The notes under the pieces: generated by a model | What the model was told of the DNA's origin: nothing | The model's database searches: none | The model's input: only the letters and a program-made list of their open reading frames with translations | Sequence record: DRR378314_1571 | Direction: 5' to 3' (one strand) | Length of the DNA stretch: 40,895 bases | Shown here: one piece after another, positions 1 to 8,971 of the stretch | Numbering within the stretch: the first letter of the stretch is position 1 | Layout of the letters: each line of letters begins with the position of its first letter | Program-made: the position numbers and the translations under genes

Positions 1-265
1 CCTGGCCATCGCCAACGACACCGAGTTCGGTCTGGGTGCCGGCCTATGGACCCGCGACATCAACCGTGCCTATCGCATGGGCCGCGCGATCCAGGCAGGC
101 CGCGTATGGACCAACTGTTACCACCAGTACCCGGCCCACGCTGCCTTTGGGGGTTACAAGAAGTCCGGCGTTGGCCGCGAGAACCACAAGATGGCGCTGG
201 ACCACTACCAGCAGACCAAGAACCTGCTGGTCAGCTACGACATCAACCCGCTGGGCTTCTTCTAA
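1..265 (+). CDS. exaC: NAD+-dependent aldehyde dehydrogenase, ExaC/AldB type (3' fragment, starts before the window)
   Basis: Frame from nt 2 reads [64 protein letters not shown]...PLGFF, the typical AldB/ExaC C-terminus; lies just upstream of pqqA as in Pseudomonas exa-pqq clusters. Confidence 0.88.
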   Translation, partial: LAIANDTEFGLGAGLWTRDINRAYRMGRAIQAGRVWTNCYHQYPAHAAFGGYKKSGVGRENHKMALDHYQQTKNLLVSYDINPLGFF

Positions 266-420
266 GCCCGATAACGACTGTTGTGCCCGGGCCCTCCCAC
301 ACAGGCCCGGTGGCGAGTCAGCACATGGATGTGCACCTTCCTCCCCGGCGCCTGGTCGGGGTGCATCTCTACCGGGTTACCGTTGACTGGTGGGGGTGGA
401 TGGGTCTTCCTGCCATATTT

Positions 421-444
421 AGGTCCTTCCCAGGGCCTTTTTTT
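421..444 (+). terminator. Rho-independent terminator after the aldehyde dehydrogenase
   Basis: AGGTCCT-TCCC-AGGGCCT hairpin (one G-U pair) followed by a T run. Confidence 0.75.
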
Positions 445-629
445 GTGCCTGCGCCGGCGTTCACCGTAATGGGTCGAAAGGATGAGTTTCGGGGCCCGGA
501 TCGGCCGGAAATCAGTGCCAAAGTACCATATTTGCCTCTTCGAGGACTGGGTAGGATTGAAGGTGAGTTACCGGACAACCGGTTAACGGATCCTCAATGC
601 CACAACAATCATCACAAGAGGTAAGCGTT

Positions 630-701
630 ATGTGGACCAAACCAGCCTATGAAGACCTGCGGATCGGCTTCGAAGTCACCATGTACTTCGCCAACCGTTG
701 A
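630..701 (+). CDS. pqqA: PQQ precursor peptide PqqA (23 aa, absent from the ORF track)
   Basis: [23 protein letters not shown] with the conserved E-x-x-x-Y motif; AAGAGG RBS; directly upstream of pqqB. Confidence 0.97.
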   Translation: MWTKPAYEDLRIGFEVTMYFANR

Positions 702-753
702 GAAGTGATGGCCAGCCTCGTGCGCTGGCCATTTTGCTTCCGGAGTTTCCGTC

Positions 754-1683
754 ATGCAGATTCGTATCCTCGGTTCCGCCGCCGGCGGCGGGTTTCCCCA
801 GTGGAACTGCAATTGCGCCAACTGCGATGGTTTCCGCAAAGGCACCCTGAATGCCAGCGCGCGCACCCAGTCCTCCATCGCCATCAGCGAAGACGGTGAG
901 CACTGGATTCTCTGTAATGCGTCTCCCGATATTCGTGCACAACTGGCAAGCTTTGATGCCATGCAGCCGGCGCGTGCGCTCCGGGATACCGGAATCAATG
1001 CGGTGCTGCTGATAGACAGCCAGGTGGATCACACCACCGGGCTGCTGATGCTGCGCGAGGGCTTGCCGCTGGATGTCTGGTGCACGGCACAGGTCCATGA
1101 AGACCTCAGCGGCGGCTTTCCCTTGTTCAGAATGCTTGAACACTGGAATGGAGGGCCCCGGTGGCAGGAAGTGCCCTGTACCGACCAACAATCCTTCACC
1201 ATCCCCTGCGCACCGTCGCTGAGGCTGACAGCCATACCGCTGCTCAGTAATGCGCCGCCGTATTCGCCGCGCCGGAACAACCCGCACCCGGGTGACAACA
1301 TTGGCCTTTTCATAGAAGACACCCGCAGCGGTGAAACGGTTATGTACGCGCCAGGGCTCGGGCAGCCCGATGAACAGATCCTGCAATGGATGCGCAAGGC
1401 CGACACCCTGCTGGTGGACGGCACGGTGTGGCATGACGACGAAATGTTGCGCTGCGAGGTGGGCACGCGCACTGGCCAGGAAATGGGGCACCTCGCCCAG
1501 AGTGGTCCCGGCGGCATGATCGACGTGCTGGATACCATGCCAGCGCGCCGGAAAATTCTTATCCATATCAATAATACCAACCCCATTCTGAACGAGGATT
1601 CGCCGGAACGGGCCGTGCTGACAAGCCATGGCATCGAGGTGTCGTTTGACGGAATGCATCTGGTTATGGAGGTGCCCTTGTGA
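754..1683 (+). CDS. pqqB: PQQ biosynthesis protein PqqB (metallo-beta-lactamase fold)
   Basis: N-terminal [26 protein letters not shown] and [10 protein letters not shown] signature motifs. Confidence 0.97.
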   Translation: MQIRILGSAAGGGFPQWNCNCANCDGFRKGTLNASARTQSSIAISEDGEHWILCNASPDIRAQLASFDAMQPARALRDTGINAVLLIDSQVDHTTGLLMLREGLPLDVWCTAQVHEDLSGGFPLFRMLEHWNGGPRWQEVPCTDQQSFTIPCAPSLRLTAIPLLSNAPPYSPRRNNPHPGDNIGLFIEDTRSGETVMYAPGLGQPDEQILQWMRKADTLLVDGTVWHDDEMLRCEVGTRTGQEMGHLAQSGPGGMIDVLDTMPARRKILIHINNTNPILNEDSPERAVLTSHGIEVSFDGMHLVMEVPL

Positions 1684-2435
1684 ACGCAATCGCCACACCC
1701 GTCATGAGCCGTGGGGATTTTGAGCAGGCCCTGCGGGCGAAAGGCCAGTACTACCACATTCACCATCCGTACCATAAAGCCATGTACGGCGGCGACTGCA
1801 CCCCGGAACAGATTCGTGGCTGGGTCGCCAACCGGTACTACTATCAGATCAATATCCCCCGCAAAGACGCGGCCATCATGGCCAACTGCCCGGATGCCTC
1901 CGTTCGACGGCTATGGTTGCAGCGCGTGTTGGATCACGATGGCCACAGTGATGACGAGGGCGGTATCGAGGCCTGGCTTAGCCTGGCGGAAGCGGTCGGG
2001 TTGGCTCGCGAAGAGGTCGTCGACCAGCGCCACGTGCTCCCGGGTGTTCGTTTTGCTGTCGATGCCTACCTGAACTTTGCCCGCCGGGCGACCTGGCAGG
2101 AAGCGGCCTGCTCTTCCCTGACAGAGCTGTTTGCTCCCGAGATCCACCAGTCCCGGCTGGATAGCTGGCCACAGCATTATCCGTGGATCAAAGCGGATGG
2201 TTATGCCTATTTCCGAAAGCGGTTGTCGGAGGCGCGCCGTGATGTCGAGCATGGCCTGACCATTACCCTGGATCACTTCACCACCGCGGCGCAGCAGGCC
2301 CGTGCCCTGGAAATCCTCCAATTCAAACTGGATATTTTATGGTCTATGTTGGATGCCCTGACTATGGCTTATCAGCACCACACGCCGCCGTACCACACCG
2401 TGACCGACCAGCCGGTCTGGCACCGGGGGTTGTAG
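1680..2435 (+). CDS. pqqC: Pyrroloquinoline-quinone synthase PqqC
   Basis: [40 protein letters not shown] motifs; GTGA overlap with pqqB. Confidence 0.97.
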   Translation: MNAIATPVMSRGDFEQALRAKGQYYHIHHPYHKAMYGGDCTPEQIRGWVANRYYYQINIPRKDAAIMANCPDASVRRLWLQRVLDHDGHSDDEGGIEAWLSLAEAVGLAREEVVDQRHVLPGVRFAVDAYLNFARRATWQEAACSSLTELFAPEIHQSRLDSWPQHYPWIKADGYAYFRKRLSEARRDVEHGLTITLDHFTTAAQQARALEILQFKLDILWSMLDALTMAYQHHTPPYHTVTDQPVWHRGL

Positions 2436-2710
2436 TGGCCACGCCCATGGAGTGCACGCCGCGGCTTCGCCCGGGCTTCCGCTTCCAGTGGGAGCCGGCC
2501 CAGAAGGCCCATGTGCTGTTGTATCCCGAAGGTATGGTGCGGCTGAACGACAGTGCCGGGGCGGTGCTGAAGGAAGTGGATGGTCAGCGCACCGTGGCCG
2601 ACATTGTCGCGATCCTGGAGCAGCAGTTTCCCGACGCCGGGTCGCTGGCAGACGATGTCTGCGATTTCCTCAAGGACGCTGAGCAGCAGCACTGGATACT
2701 GTTTCCATGA
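2435..2710 (+). CDS. pqqD: PqqA peptide chaperone PqqD
   Basis: [27 protein letters not shown] motif; GTG at 2435 overlaps the pqqC stop (alternative ATG at 2447). Confidence 0.95.
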   Translation: MATPMECTPRLRPGFRFQWEPAQKAHVLLYPEGMVRLNDSAGAVLKEVDGQRTVADIVAILEQQFPDAGSLADDVCDFLKDAEQQHWILFP

Positions 2711-3861
2711 ATCGGCACGACACCATGCCGGCGGGTGATCGCCCGGGTATTGGCCCACCCCTGTGGCTGCTGGCGGAGCTGACCTACCGCTGCCCGCTGC
2801 AATGCCCTTATTGCTCCAATCCGCTGGATTTCGCCCAGACACAGCAGGAACTGACCACCGAAGAGTGGGGCAGGGTGCTGCGCCAGGGCCGTGAGATGGG
2901 AGCCGCCCAACTGGGCTTTTCCGGGGGCGAGCCGCTGGTGCGCCAGGATCTGCCGGAGCTGATCGCAGAGGCCAGGCATCTGGGCTATTACACCAATCTG
3001 ATTACCTCCGGATTGGGGCTCACCGAGGCCAAGGTGAATGCTTTCCGCGACGCCGGGCTGGACCATATCCAGGTCAGTTTCCAGGCCTCGGACCCGGAAC
3101 TGAACAACGCCGTGGCCGGCTCCCGTAAGGCGTTCGACCAGAAAATGGCCATGGCCCGTGCGGTAAAAGAGGCGGGTTACCCCATGGTGCTCAACTTCGT
3201 GATCCATCGCCACAACATCCATCAGATGAACGACATCATCAGCCTCTGTGACCGTTTGGGAGCGGACTATGTGGAGTTGGCCACCTGCCAGTACTACGGT
3301 TGGGCCTTCGAGAACCGGGAGGGGCTGATGCCCTCCCGGGCGCAGTTGGAAAAGGCGGAGGCTGAGGTCAACCGCTATCGTCAACGTCTGGCAGACGACG
3401 GATCGGCGATGAAGCTGATCTTTGTCACACCGGACTATTACGAAGAGCGGCCAAAAGCTTGTATGAATGGGTGGGGCAGCCTATTCCTCACCGTAGCGCC
3501 AGACGGCACCGCGTTGCCCTGCCACAGTGCTCGCCTGTTGCCGATTGAGTTTCCCAATGTGCGGGATTCCTCACTACACTCAATCTGGTATGACAGCCCG
3601 GGTTTTAACCATTACCGGGGTGATAGCTGGATGCCGGAACCCTGCCGATCCTGCGACGAAAAAGGGAAGGACTTCGGCGGCTGCCGATGCCAGGCCTACC
3701 TGCTGACCGGTAATGCCGACAATGCAGACCCGGTTTGCAGCAAGTCACCCCATCACGACCGCATCCTCGCCGCCCGCCAGGCGGCGGACCACGCCACCGC
3801 CGGGCTGGAGGAGCTGACCTATCGCAACGCCAACAACTCCCGGTTGTTCTTCAGGGGCTGA
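2707..3861 (+). CDS. pqqE: PqqA peptide cyclase PqqE (radical SAM/SPASM)
   Basis: [20 protein letters not shown] (CxxxCxxC), ACMNGWG, CRSC...GGCRCQA SPASM cysteines. Confidence 0.97.
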   Translation: MNRHDTMPAGDRPGIGPPLWLLAELTYRCPLQCPYCSNPLDFAQTQQELTTEEWGRVLRQGREMGAAQLGFSGGEPLVRQDLPELIAEARHLGYYTNLITSGLGLTEAKVNAFRDAGLDHIQVSFQASDPELNNAVAGSRKAFDQKMAMARAVKEAGYPMVLNFVIHRHNIHQMNDIISLCDRLGADYVELATCQYYGWAFENREGLMPSRAQLEKAEAEVNRYRQRLADDGSAMKLIFVTPDYYEERPKACMNGWGSLFLTVAPDGTALPCHSARLLPIEFPNVRDSSLHSIWYDSPGFNHYRGDSWMPEPCRSCDEKGKDFGGCRCQAYLLTGNADNADPVCSKSPHHDRILAARQAADHATAGLEELTYRNANNSRLFFRG

Positions 3862-3922
3862 TGCGCCCCTTGAGGCTGGTACAACGACAGGGCTGACGCC
3901 CGAACAGGCCTCTTCGGCGCTT

Positions 3923-5713
3923 TTGCAGCGTTCAGAGCTAGCGGCATCTGCGACCGGTGTATTCTGGCTGGAGTCCGACCCGGTCAGTGGTGGCAATGTG
4001 ATAATGACCTTAGAGGCGGGCGTCGGGATTCCTTTGCTCTCTCGCAGCTTCAGCGCTCGCAGCCAGGTTAACGGTTATGGAGGTGGTGCGCTCTGTGCCG
4101 GGCCCGAAAGCGTATTCGCCGTCGAGGCGTCCGGGCAGCAGGTTTATCACATTGATATGGCCACAGGAGCGTGCTCTCCACTCACTGACGACGATGCCTG
4201 CTATGGCGGACTCGCCTGGGACGCGGCGCATCACCGGGTGTTGGCAGTGCGTGAGGCGAACGGACGCCAGCAACTGATGGGTATTGCCCTAACGGACAGT
4301 GAATCAGCCAACTGCATACTCCACGAGTCGGAAGACTTCTACAGCGCCCCGGCGGTATCAGCCGACGGGCGGCACCTGGCCTGGGTGAGCTGGTCACTAC
4401 CGGACATGCCTTGGGTTGCCTCCGTACTCTGGACAGCATCGGTTCAGCAGGACGGCTCACTGACCCAGGCGCGACGCTGGCCCTCGCCCTCAGAAGGCAG
4501 TGTTCAGCAGCCGATATTTGATGGCGACGACGTGATTGTGTTGTCGGATCATGAGGGGTGGTGGCAACCGTGGCGGCTGACGTCCGGCGGGCAATGGCAC
4601 TTGCTGGATGACAGCCGGGAGGATCATGCCAGCGCCCTCTGGCAACTGGGTGAGCGTCATCACCAATGCCTTCCCGAGGGTGGTTGGGTACGTGTGCGGT
4701 ACCAGGCTGGAGTCGGGCAGTTGTGGTTGTGTTCAGGGAATGAAGAAACAGGCGTGCGGATCGCCAGGGAGTATGTCGACTTTCGATGCCTGGTTGTGCA
4801 GGGCCAGAGGGTGTTGTGTATTGCCCGCTCGTCCACCCGGCTCGATACGGTGTTGTCGGTCGATTGGAGCACCGGACATGCCGAGCCACTCTCCGGTGGC
4901 GAAGAGCCTTTCCCTGGAATGACATTGTCTCAGCCGGAACTCTTCAGCGTTCCTCCATCAGCCGGTGGTGTCGATGCCATCAGCGGCTTTTTCTACCCGC
5001 CAGTGCCATCCGCGTCTGATGGTAAGTCGGTACCAGTCATCCTGATTGCCCATGGCGGCCCGACCTCCACGACCTATCCGGTGCTCAACCTCCAGACCCA
5101 GTTCTGGTGCCGTCAGGGGTTTGCCGTGGCTGACGTGAACTACCGCGGCAGTTCTGGCTTCGGCCGGGCCTTTCGCATGGCGTTGGCGGGGAACTGGGGA
5201 CGTGTGGACGTGGCGGATATGGAACGTGCTGCTCGCTGGCTGGTCGCCAACAAAGCCGTTGATCCCGCCAGGCTTTTCATCCAGGGCCGCAGTTCGGGCG
5301 GTTATACCGTATTGCTGGCTATGGTCCAAACCGACGTGTTTGCGGCGGGCGCCAGCCAGTTCGGTGTCAGTGATCCCCGGCGGCTGCGAGCGATGACGCA
5401 TCGATTTGAATCCGGTTATCTGGACTGGTTGTTGGGATCTCCCGACGACTGTGCCGACAACTGGCAGCAGAGGTCGCCACTGGCTCAGGCAGATCGCCTC
5501 TGTCGACCGATGATCTTTTTCCAGGGTGCGCAGGATCGGGTGGTGGTCCCGCAGCAGACCACTGCCATCGTCAATGCGCTGCGTCGCAATGGTGGCTCTC
5601 CGGAGGTGTATGTGTACCCTGACGAGGGTCACGGATTTCGCAAGCAGAGCAACGTTGCCGATATGCTGGAACGATTGCTTCGGTTTTATCGCAGGCAGTC
5701 GACCGATCAGTAA
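3923..5713 (+). CDS. S9 prolyl-oligopeptidase-family peptidase associated with the pqq operon (PqqG/PqqH-like); true start may lie further upstream
   Basis: HGGPT, NYRGSSGFGR, nucleophile motif GRSSGG, QDRVV Asp and EGHGF His; N-terminal propeller-like region; directly after pqqE. Confidence 0.88.
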   Translation: MQRSELAASATGVFWLESDPVSGGNVIMTLEAGVGIPLLSRSFSARSQVNGYGGGALCAGPESVFAVEASGQQVYHIDMATGACSPLTDDDACYGGLAWDAAHHRVLAVREANGRQQLMGIALTDSESANCILHESEDFYSAPAVSADGRHLAWVSWSLPDMPWVASVLWTASVQQDGSLTQARRWPSPSEGSVQQPIFDGDDVIVLSDHEGWWQPWRLTSGGQWHLLDDSREDHASALWQLGERHHQCLPEGGWVRVRYQAGVGQLWLCSGNEETGVRIAREYVDFRCLVVQGQRVLCIARSSTRLDTVLSVDWSTGHAEPLSGGEEPFPGMTLSQPELFSVPPSAGGVDAISGFFYPPVPSASDGKSVPVILIAHGGPTSTTYPVLNLQTQFWCRQGFAVADVNYRGSSGFGRAFRMALAGNWGRVDVADMERAARWLVANKAVDPARLFIQGRSSGGYTVLLAMVQTDVFAAGASQFGVSDPRRLRAMTHRFESGYLDWLLGSPDDCADNWQQRSPLAQADRLCRPMIFFQGAQDRVVVPQQTTAIVNALRRNGGSPEVYVYPDEGHGFRKQSNVADMLERLLRFYRRQSTDQ

Positions 5714-5742
5714 TGTGACGCCTGTCCGCTTTCCCGTTTCGC

Positions 5743-5759
5743 TGTAAGACAGTCTTACA
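5743..5759. promoter_or_regulatory. Perfect palindrome TGTAAGAC-A-GTCTTACA upstream of the CotH operon; putative regulator site
   Basis: 8-bp perfect arms; a near-identical copy lies at 13592-13608. Confidence 0.65.
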
Positions 5760-5838
5760 TACAGTTTTCAGTCCCCCCGACAATACTCTTCCATCAGACA
5801 AGAAACCGGCCAATTCGGCCTGATGTGGGGACAAAACA

Positions 5839-7611
5839 ATGAAAATAGGGACTGATGGATTTTCGGGAAAGACAATCGTTCTGCTGGGCGCTCTGGCGGT
5901 ATTGACCGGCTGCGGTGGCGGCGGGAGCAGCAGCGAATCCAGCCCGTCGGATTTTGACGCACCGGTAGAGCCGGTCAACATCGGCGGCGATGGCGATATT
6001 TTTGACCCGGAGCGCCTGCTCGACGTGGACATCACCATGTCCGCCAGCAACTGGCGAACATTGAAAGCCGAGGCGCGAACGTTGGCTGAAACCTCCCGCG
6101 AATGCCTGCCGGAGTTCGAGTACACCGAGTTGCCCGCCACCGTCACCATCGACGGCGATACCATGGGCAACGTGAACGTGCGGAAAAAAGGCTTTATCGG
6201 TTCACTCAGCCCGGACCTGCCTTCCCTGAAACTGGATTTTAACGACCTGCAGGAAGGGCGTACTTACCAGAACGTGTCCCGTATGACCCTGAACAACAAT
6301 CGTCAGGATCCCTCCAATGTTCGTCAATGCCTGGCTTACGACCGGTTCCGGGATATCGGTATCGCAGCGCCGTTATGCAACTACGCCCAGGTGACCGTCA
6401 ATGGCGAGGATTTGGGGGTTTTTGCCCATGTTGAACCTATCCGGAAGCCCTTTTTGCGGCGCACGTTTGGCGATGACTCGGGCAATCTGTATGAGGCGCA
6501 GCAGGCCGATTTCGGCAACTATCTGATCCGCCGGTTCGAGACCAAGACCAACGAAGACGCCAACAACCGCTCTGATTTGCAGGCCGTTGCGGACGCCATG
6601 GCGCTGGATGATGAGGCGATGATGGACGTGTTGCCCCAATTGCTGGATGTGGATGAGTTCATCCGTTTCTGGGCCATGGAAACCTTGCTGGGCGCGTGGG
6701 ATTCAGCGAGCGGCAACGCCAATAACTTTTACCTCTACCATTCTCCGGACGATGGGCTGTTCCACTTCATCCCCTGGGGCGCTGATACCGCCTTTCGTGG
6801 AACCCATCCCCTGAAGCCTGGCTCCGCGCCTCTGTACCGTAACTTCCGTCTGGCGGAGCGGCTTTATGGGATGCCGGAATACCGCCAGCAATACCTGGAC
6901 GCGCTGGAAGACCTGCTGGCCAACCACTGGGACGAAGAAGCGATGCAGCTGGAGATCGAGCGGGTGATGGCGTTGACCGGGACCACGGAGGCCGACGTTG
7001 AAAGTGTTGAAAGCTTCCTGCTTGGCACCGGCATGCCCGGAGACGACGGGTATGAGCGATCGCAACGGGAGGTGTTGCTCAGCGCCATCGCCGGAAACGA
7101 GCCGGAAGTGGCGGTGACCTTGCTGGAGGATACCCAGCCGGACTGCTCCGAGCCGGCCAAGACCAACCTGACCGCCAGTGTTTCAGCGGTATCCGGTACA
7201 GACTCCGGGGTATTCAGTTTCACCTTGCCGGATGGTCGACAGGTCAGCGCGAGCCTGACGTTCGCTGCCTTTGAAGTAGACAGCCTGGTGTACTCCGTTG
7301 ACACCGAGCTGGCTCCCGCCGTGCACAGTTTATTGCTGATTGGTGTCGACGCCGCCCAGGGCTTCAAGCCTTATGTGTTGCAGGTGTTTATCGAAGACAC
7401 CGATTACAGACCCGGAACCCATAAACTCCATGGCTTTGCCACCAATGCGCTGCTCTTTGAGGTGGACGAATCCGTACCCGGCGACGTGGTGTCGCTGGCG
7501 CTGGGTGCGACCGGCACCATCACCCTCAACAGTGTGGGCAGCGGACCGAACGTCGGCGACGTGGATATGGACATCGACATGACGCTGGAATACCTCCCGG
7601 GTGCTGAATAA
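5839..7611 (+). CDS. CotH-family kinase, predicted lipoprotein, with an extra C-terminal beta-rich domain
   Basis: Lipobox LAVLTG-C followed by a Gly/Ser linker; CotH-type motifs VRKKG, LKLDF, LNNNRQDPS, VTVNGEDLGVF-x2-VE, WDS-x-SGNANNFYLY, FHFIPWGAD. Confidence 0.82.
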   Translation: MKIGTDGFSGKTIVLLGALAVLTGCGGGGSSSESSPSDFDAPVEPVNIGGDGDIFDPERLLDVDITMSASNWRTLKAEARTLAETSRECLPEFEYTELPATVTIDGDTMGNVNVRKKGFIGSLSPDLPSLKLDFNDLQEGRTYQNVSRMTLNNNRQDPSNVRQCLAYDRFRDIGIAAPLCNYAQVTVNGEDLGVFAHVEPIRKPFLRRTFGDDSGNLYEAQQADFGNYLIRRFETKTNEDANNRSDLQAVADAMALDDEAMMDVLPQLLDVDEFIRFWAMETLLGAWDSASGNANNFYLYHSPDDGLFHFIPWGADTAFRGTHPLKPGSAPLYRNFRLAERLYGMPEYRQQYLDALEDLLANHWDEEAMQLEIERVMALTGTTEADVESVESFLLGTGMPGDDGYERSQREVLLSAIAGNEPEVAVTLLEDTQPDCSEPAKTNLTASVSAVSGTDSGVFSFTLPDGRQVSASLTFAAFEVDSLVYSVDTELAPAVHSLLLIGVDAAQGFKPYVLQVFIEDTDYRPGTHKLHGFATNALLFEVDESVPGDVVSLALGATGTITLNSVGSGPNVGDVDMDIDMTLEYLPGAE

Positions 7612-8432
7612 TGGCCAGCAGTTTCAGCCTGAACGCATTTGAGCCCCACTCACTGGCGGATCAGAGCTCGTCAGCGTTGATGGATCGGGTGGATACCAAG
7701 TATCTGCTCGACGCTGACGAACTGAACCGGTGTCTGGCAGGGCTGGCGTCGGAATACACGGTGCTGGAGATGAACGGGTGTCGATCGATGGCGTACGACA
7801 CGCTCTATTTTGACACGCCCGGCCGGCAGCTCTATCTCGATCACCACAATGGCAAGCTGAACCGTATAAAGGTCCGTGCCCGCCACTACCGAGCGACCGG
7901 TGAGCGTTTTCTGGAGGTCAAGCTCAAGACCAACAAATTGCGAACCACCAAACAAAGGATGGTAGTGACCGGGGCAGAGCCAGACGCGCAAACCCTACGC
8001 TACTTCCTTCACGAGCAACTGGGCCTGCCGGCGACACGGATGCTGCCGGCTCTTTTTGTTCACTACCGTCGCATCACGCTGCTCAGCAGGGCCGGTCAGG
8101 AACGGGTTACCGTGGATACGGATATCTGCTTCGAGCATACCGGGCAGCACCAGCGTATCGGGTTGCCGGGTGTTGCGCTGATGGAGGTCAAATCGTTGCG
8201 CCATCAGCGACGTTCGCCTGTTCTGGATCTCCTGAAAAGGAGAGGACACAAACCCATCAGCTTCAGTAAATATTGCATCGGCACGGCGCTGCTGTGTCGG
8301 GGCCGCATCAAGGCCAATCGTTTCAAACCGGTTTTATCGAAGCTCGATGCGCTTCGGGACCCCAGGGAATGCCGTTACTTCAAGGAGCCATCATGGAATC
8401 CGCAGTTGATGTCCATTTCTTTATCCGCCTGA
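7611..8432 (+). CDS. Polyphosphate-polymerase (VTC / CYTH-like TTM) domain protein
   Basis: RVDTKY, TLYFDT, KVRARHY, FLEVKLK, RVTVDTD, LMEVK, FSKY motifs; basic protein; TAATG overlap with the CotH gene. Confidence 0.85.
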   Translation: MASSFSLNAFEPHSLADQSSSALMDRVDTKYLLDADELNRCLAGLASEYTVLEMNGCRSMAYDTLYFDTPGRQLYLDHHNGKLNRIKVRARHYRATGERFLEVKLKTNKLRTTKQRMVVTGAEPDAQTLRYFLHEQLGLPATRMLPALFVHYRRITLLSRAGQERVTVDTDICFEHTGQHQRIGLPGVALMEVKSLRHQRRSPVLDLLKRRGHKPISFSKYCIGTALLCRGRIKANRFKPVLSKLDALRDPRECRYFKEPSWNPQLMSISLSA

Positions 8433-8971
8433 TCATCAACCTGATCTCGGTTTTTATCCTGATCCGGTGTTACTACGCGTTCTCCCACCATCGTGAAAAC
8501 GCCGCCTCGTTCATCCTCTTCGGCGTGGGTGTGTTTCTGGTCACGGCCTTACTGAATTCGGTGACTGTATCCATGGGCTTCGCCTTCGGGTTGTTCGCGG
8601 TGTTCTCCATGTTGCGATACCGCACCGAAGCGTTGGGCATCAAGGAAATGACCTATCTGTTTCTGGTGATCGCCATGGCGCTGCTGGCGGCCGTCGGGAA
8701 CGTGGCGCACTGGGTGTTGGCGTGTCTGAACGGCTTGGTGATCGCCATCGCCTTGTTGCTGGAAACCCGGATGATGCTGCCATTGTGCGGTGAGAAGGAC
8801 ATCGAATACGAAAAAATTGACCTGATTCACACGGACCGCCGAGAGGAATTGATTGCCGACTTGCGATCGCGGACTGGCCTGGACGTGAATCGGGTGGATG
8901 TGGTCTCCGTGAGCTTTCTACGGGATACGGCGCAGCTAAGGATGCATTACCGAATGGAGCACGGATCATGA
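8393..8971 (+). CDS. DUF4956-family membrane protein
   Basis: GFAFGLFAVFSMLRYRTE and KEMTYLF signature; several hydrophobic helices plus a soluble C-terminus; AAGGAG RBS before ATG 8393; overlaps the VTC gene by 40 nt. Confidence 0.85.
   Translation: MESAVDVHFFIRLIINLISVFILIRCYYAFSHHRENAASFILFGVGVFLVTALLNSVTVSMGFAFGLFAVFSMLRYRTEALGIKEMTYLFLVIAMALLAAVGNVAHWVLACLNGLVIAIALLLETRMMLPLCGEKDIEYEKIDLIHTDRREELIADLRSRTGLDVNRVDVVSVSFLRDTAQLRMHYRMEHGS

Noticed and set aside
36-624. ORFs 36-386 and 46-624
   Set aside because: Off-frame overlaps with the aldehyde dehydrogenase; 46-624 also crosses a terminator; Pro/Arg-rich with no recognisable motifs
676-1698. Long antisense ORFs (also 13604-14899, 25365-26540, 39619-40500 and others)
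   Set aside because: Shadow frames opposite well-supported genes, expected in GC-rich coding DNA
5742-5764. LexA box upstream of the CotH operon (CTGT...ACAG)
   Set aside because: Spacing is not CTGT-N8-ACAG; better explained by the TGTAAGA palindrome
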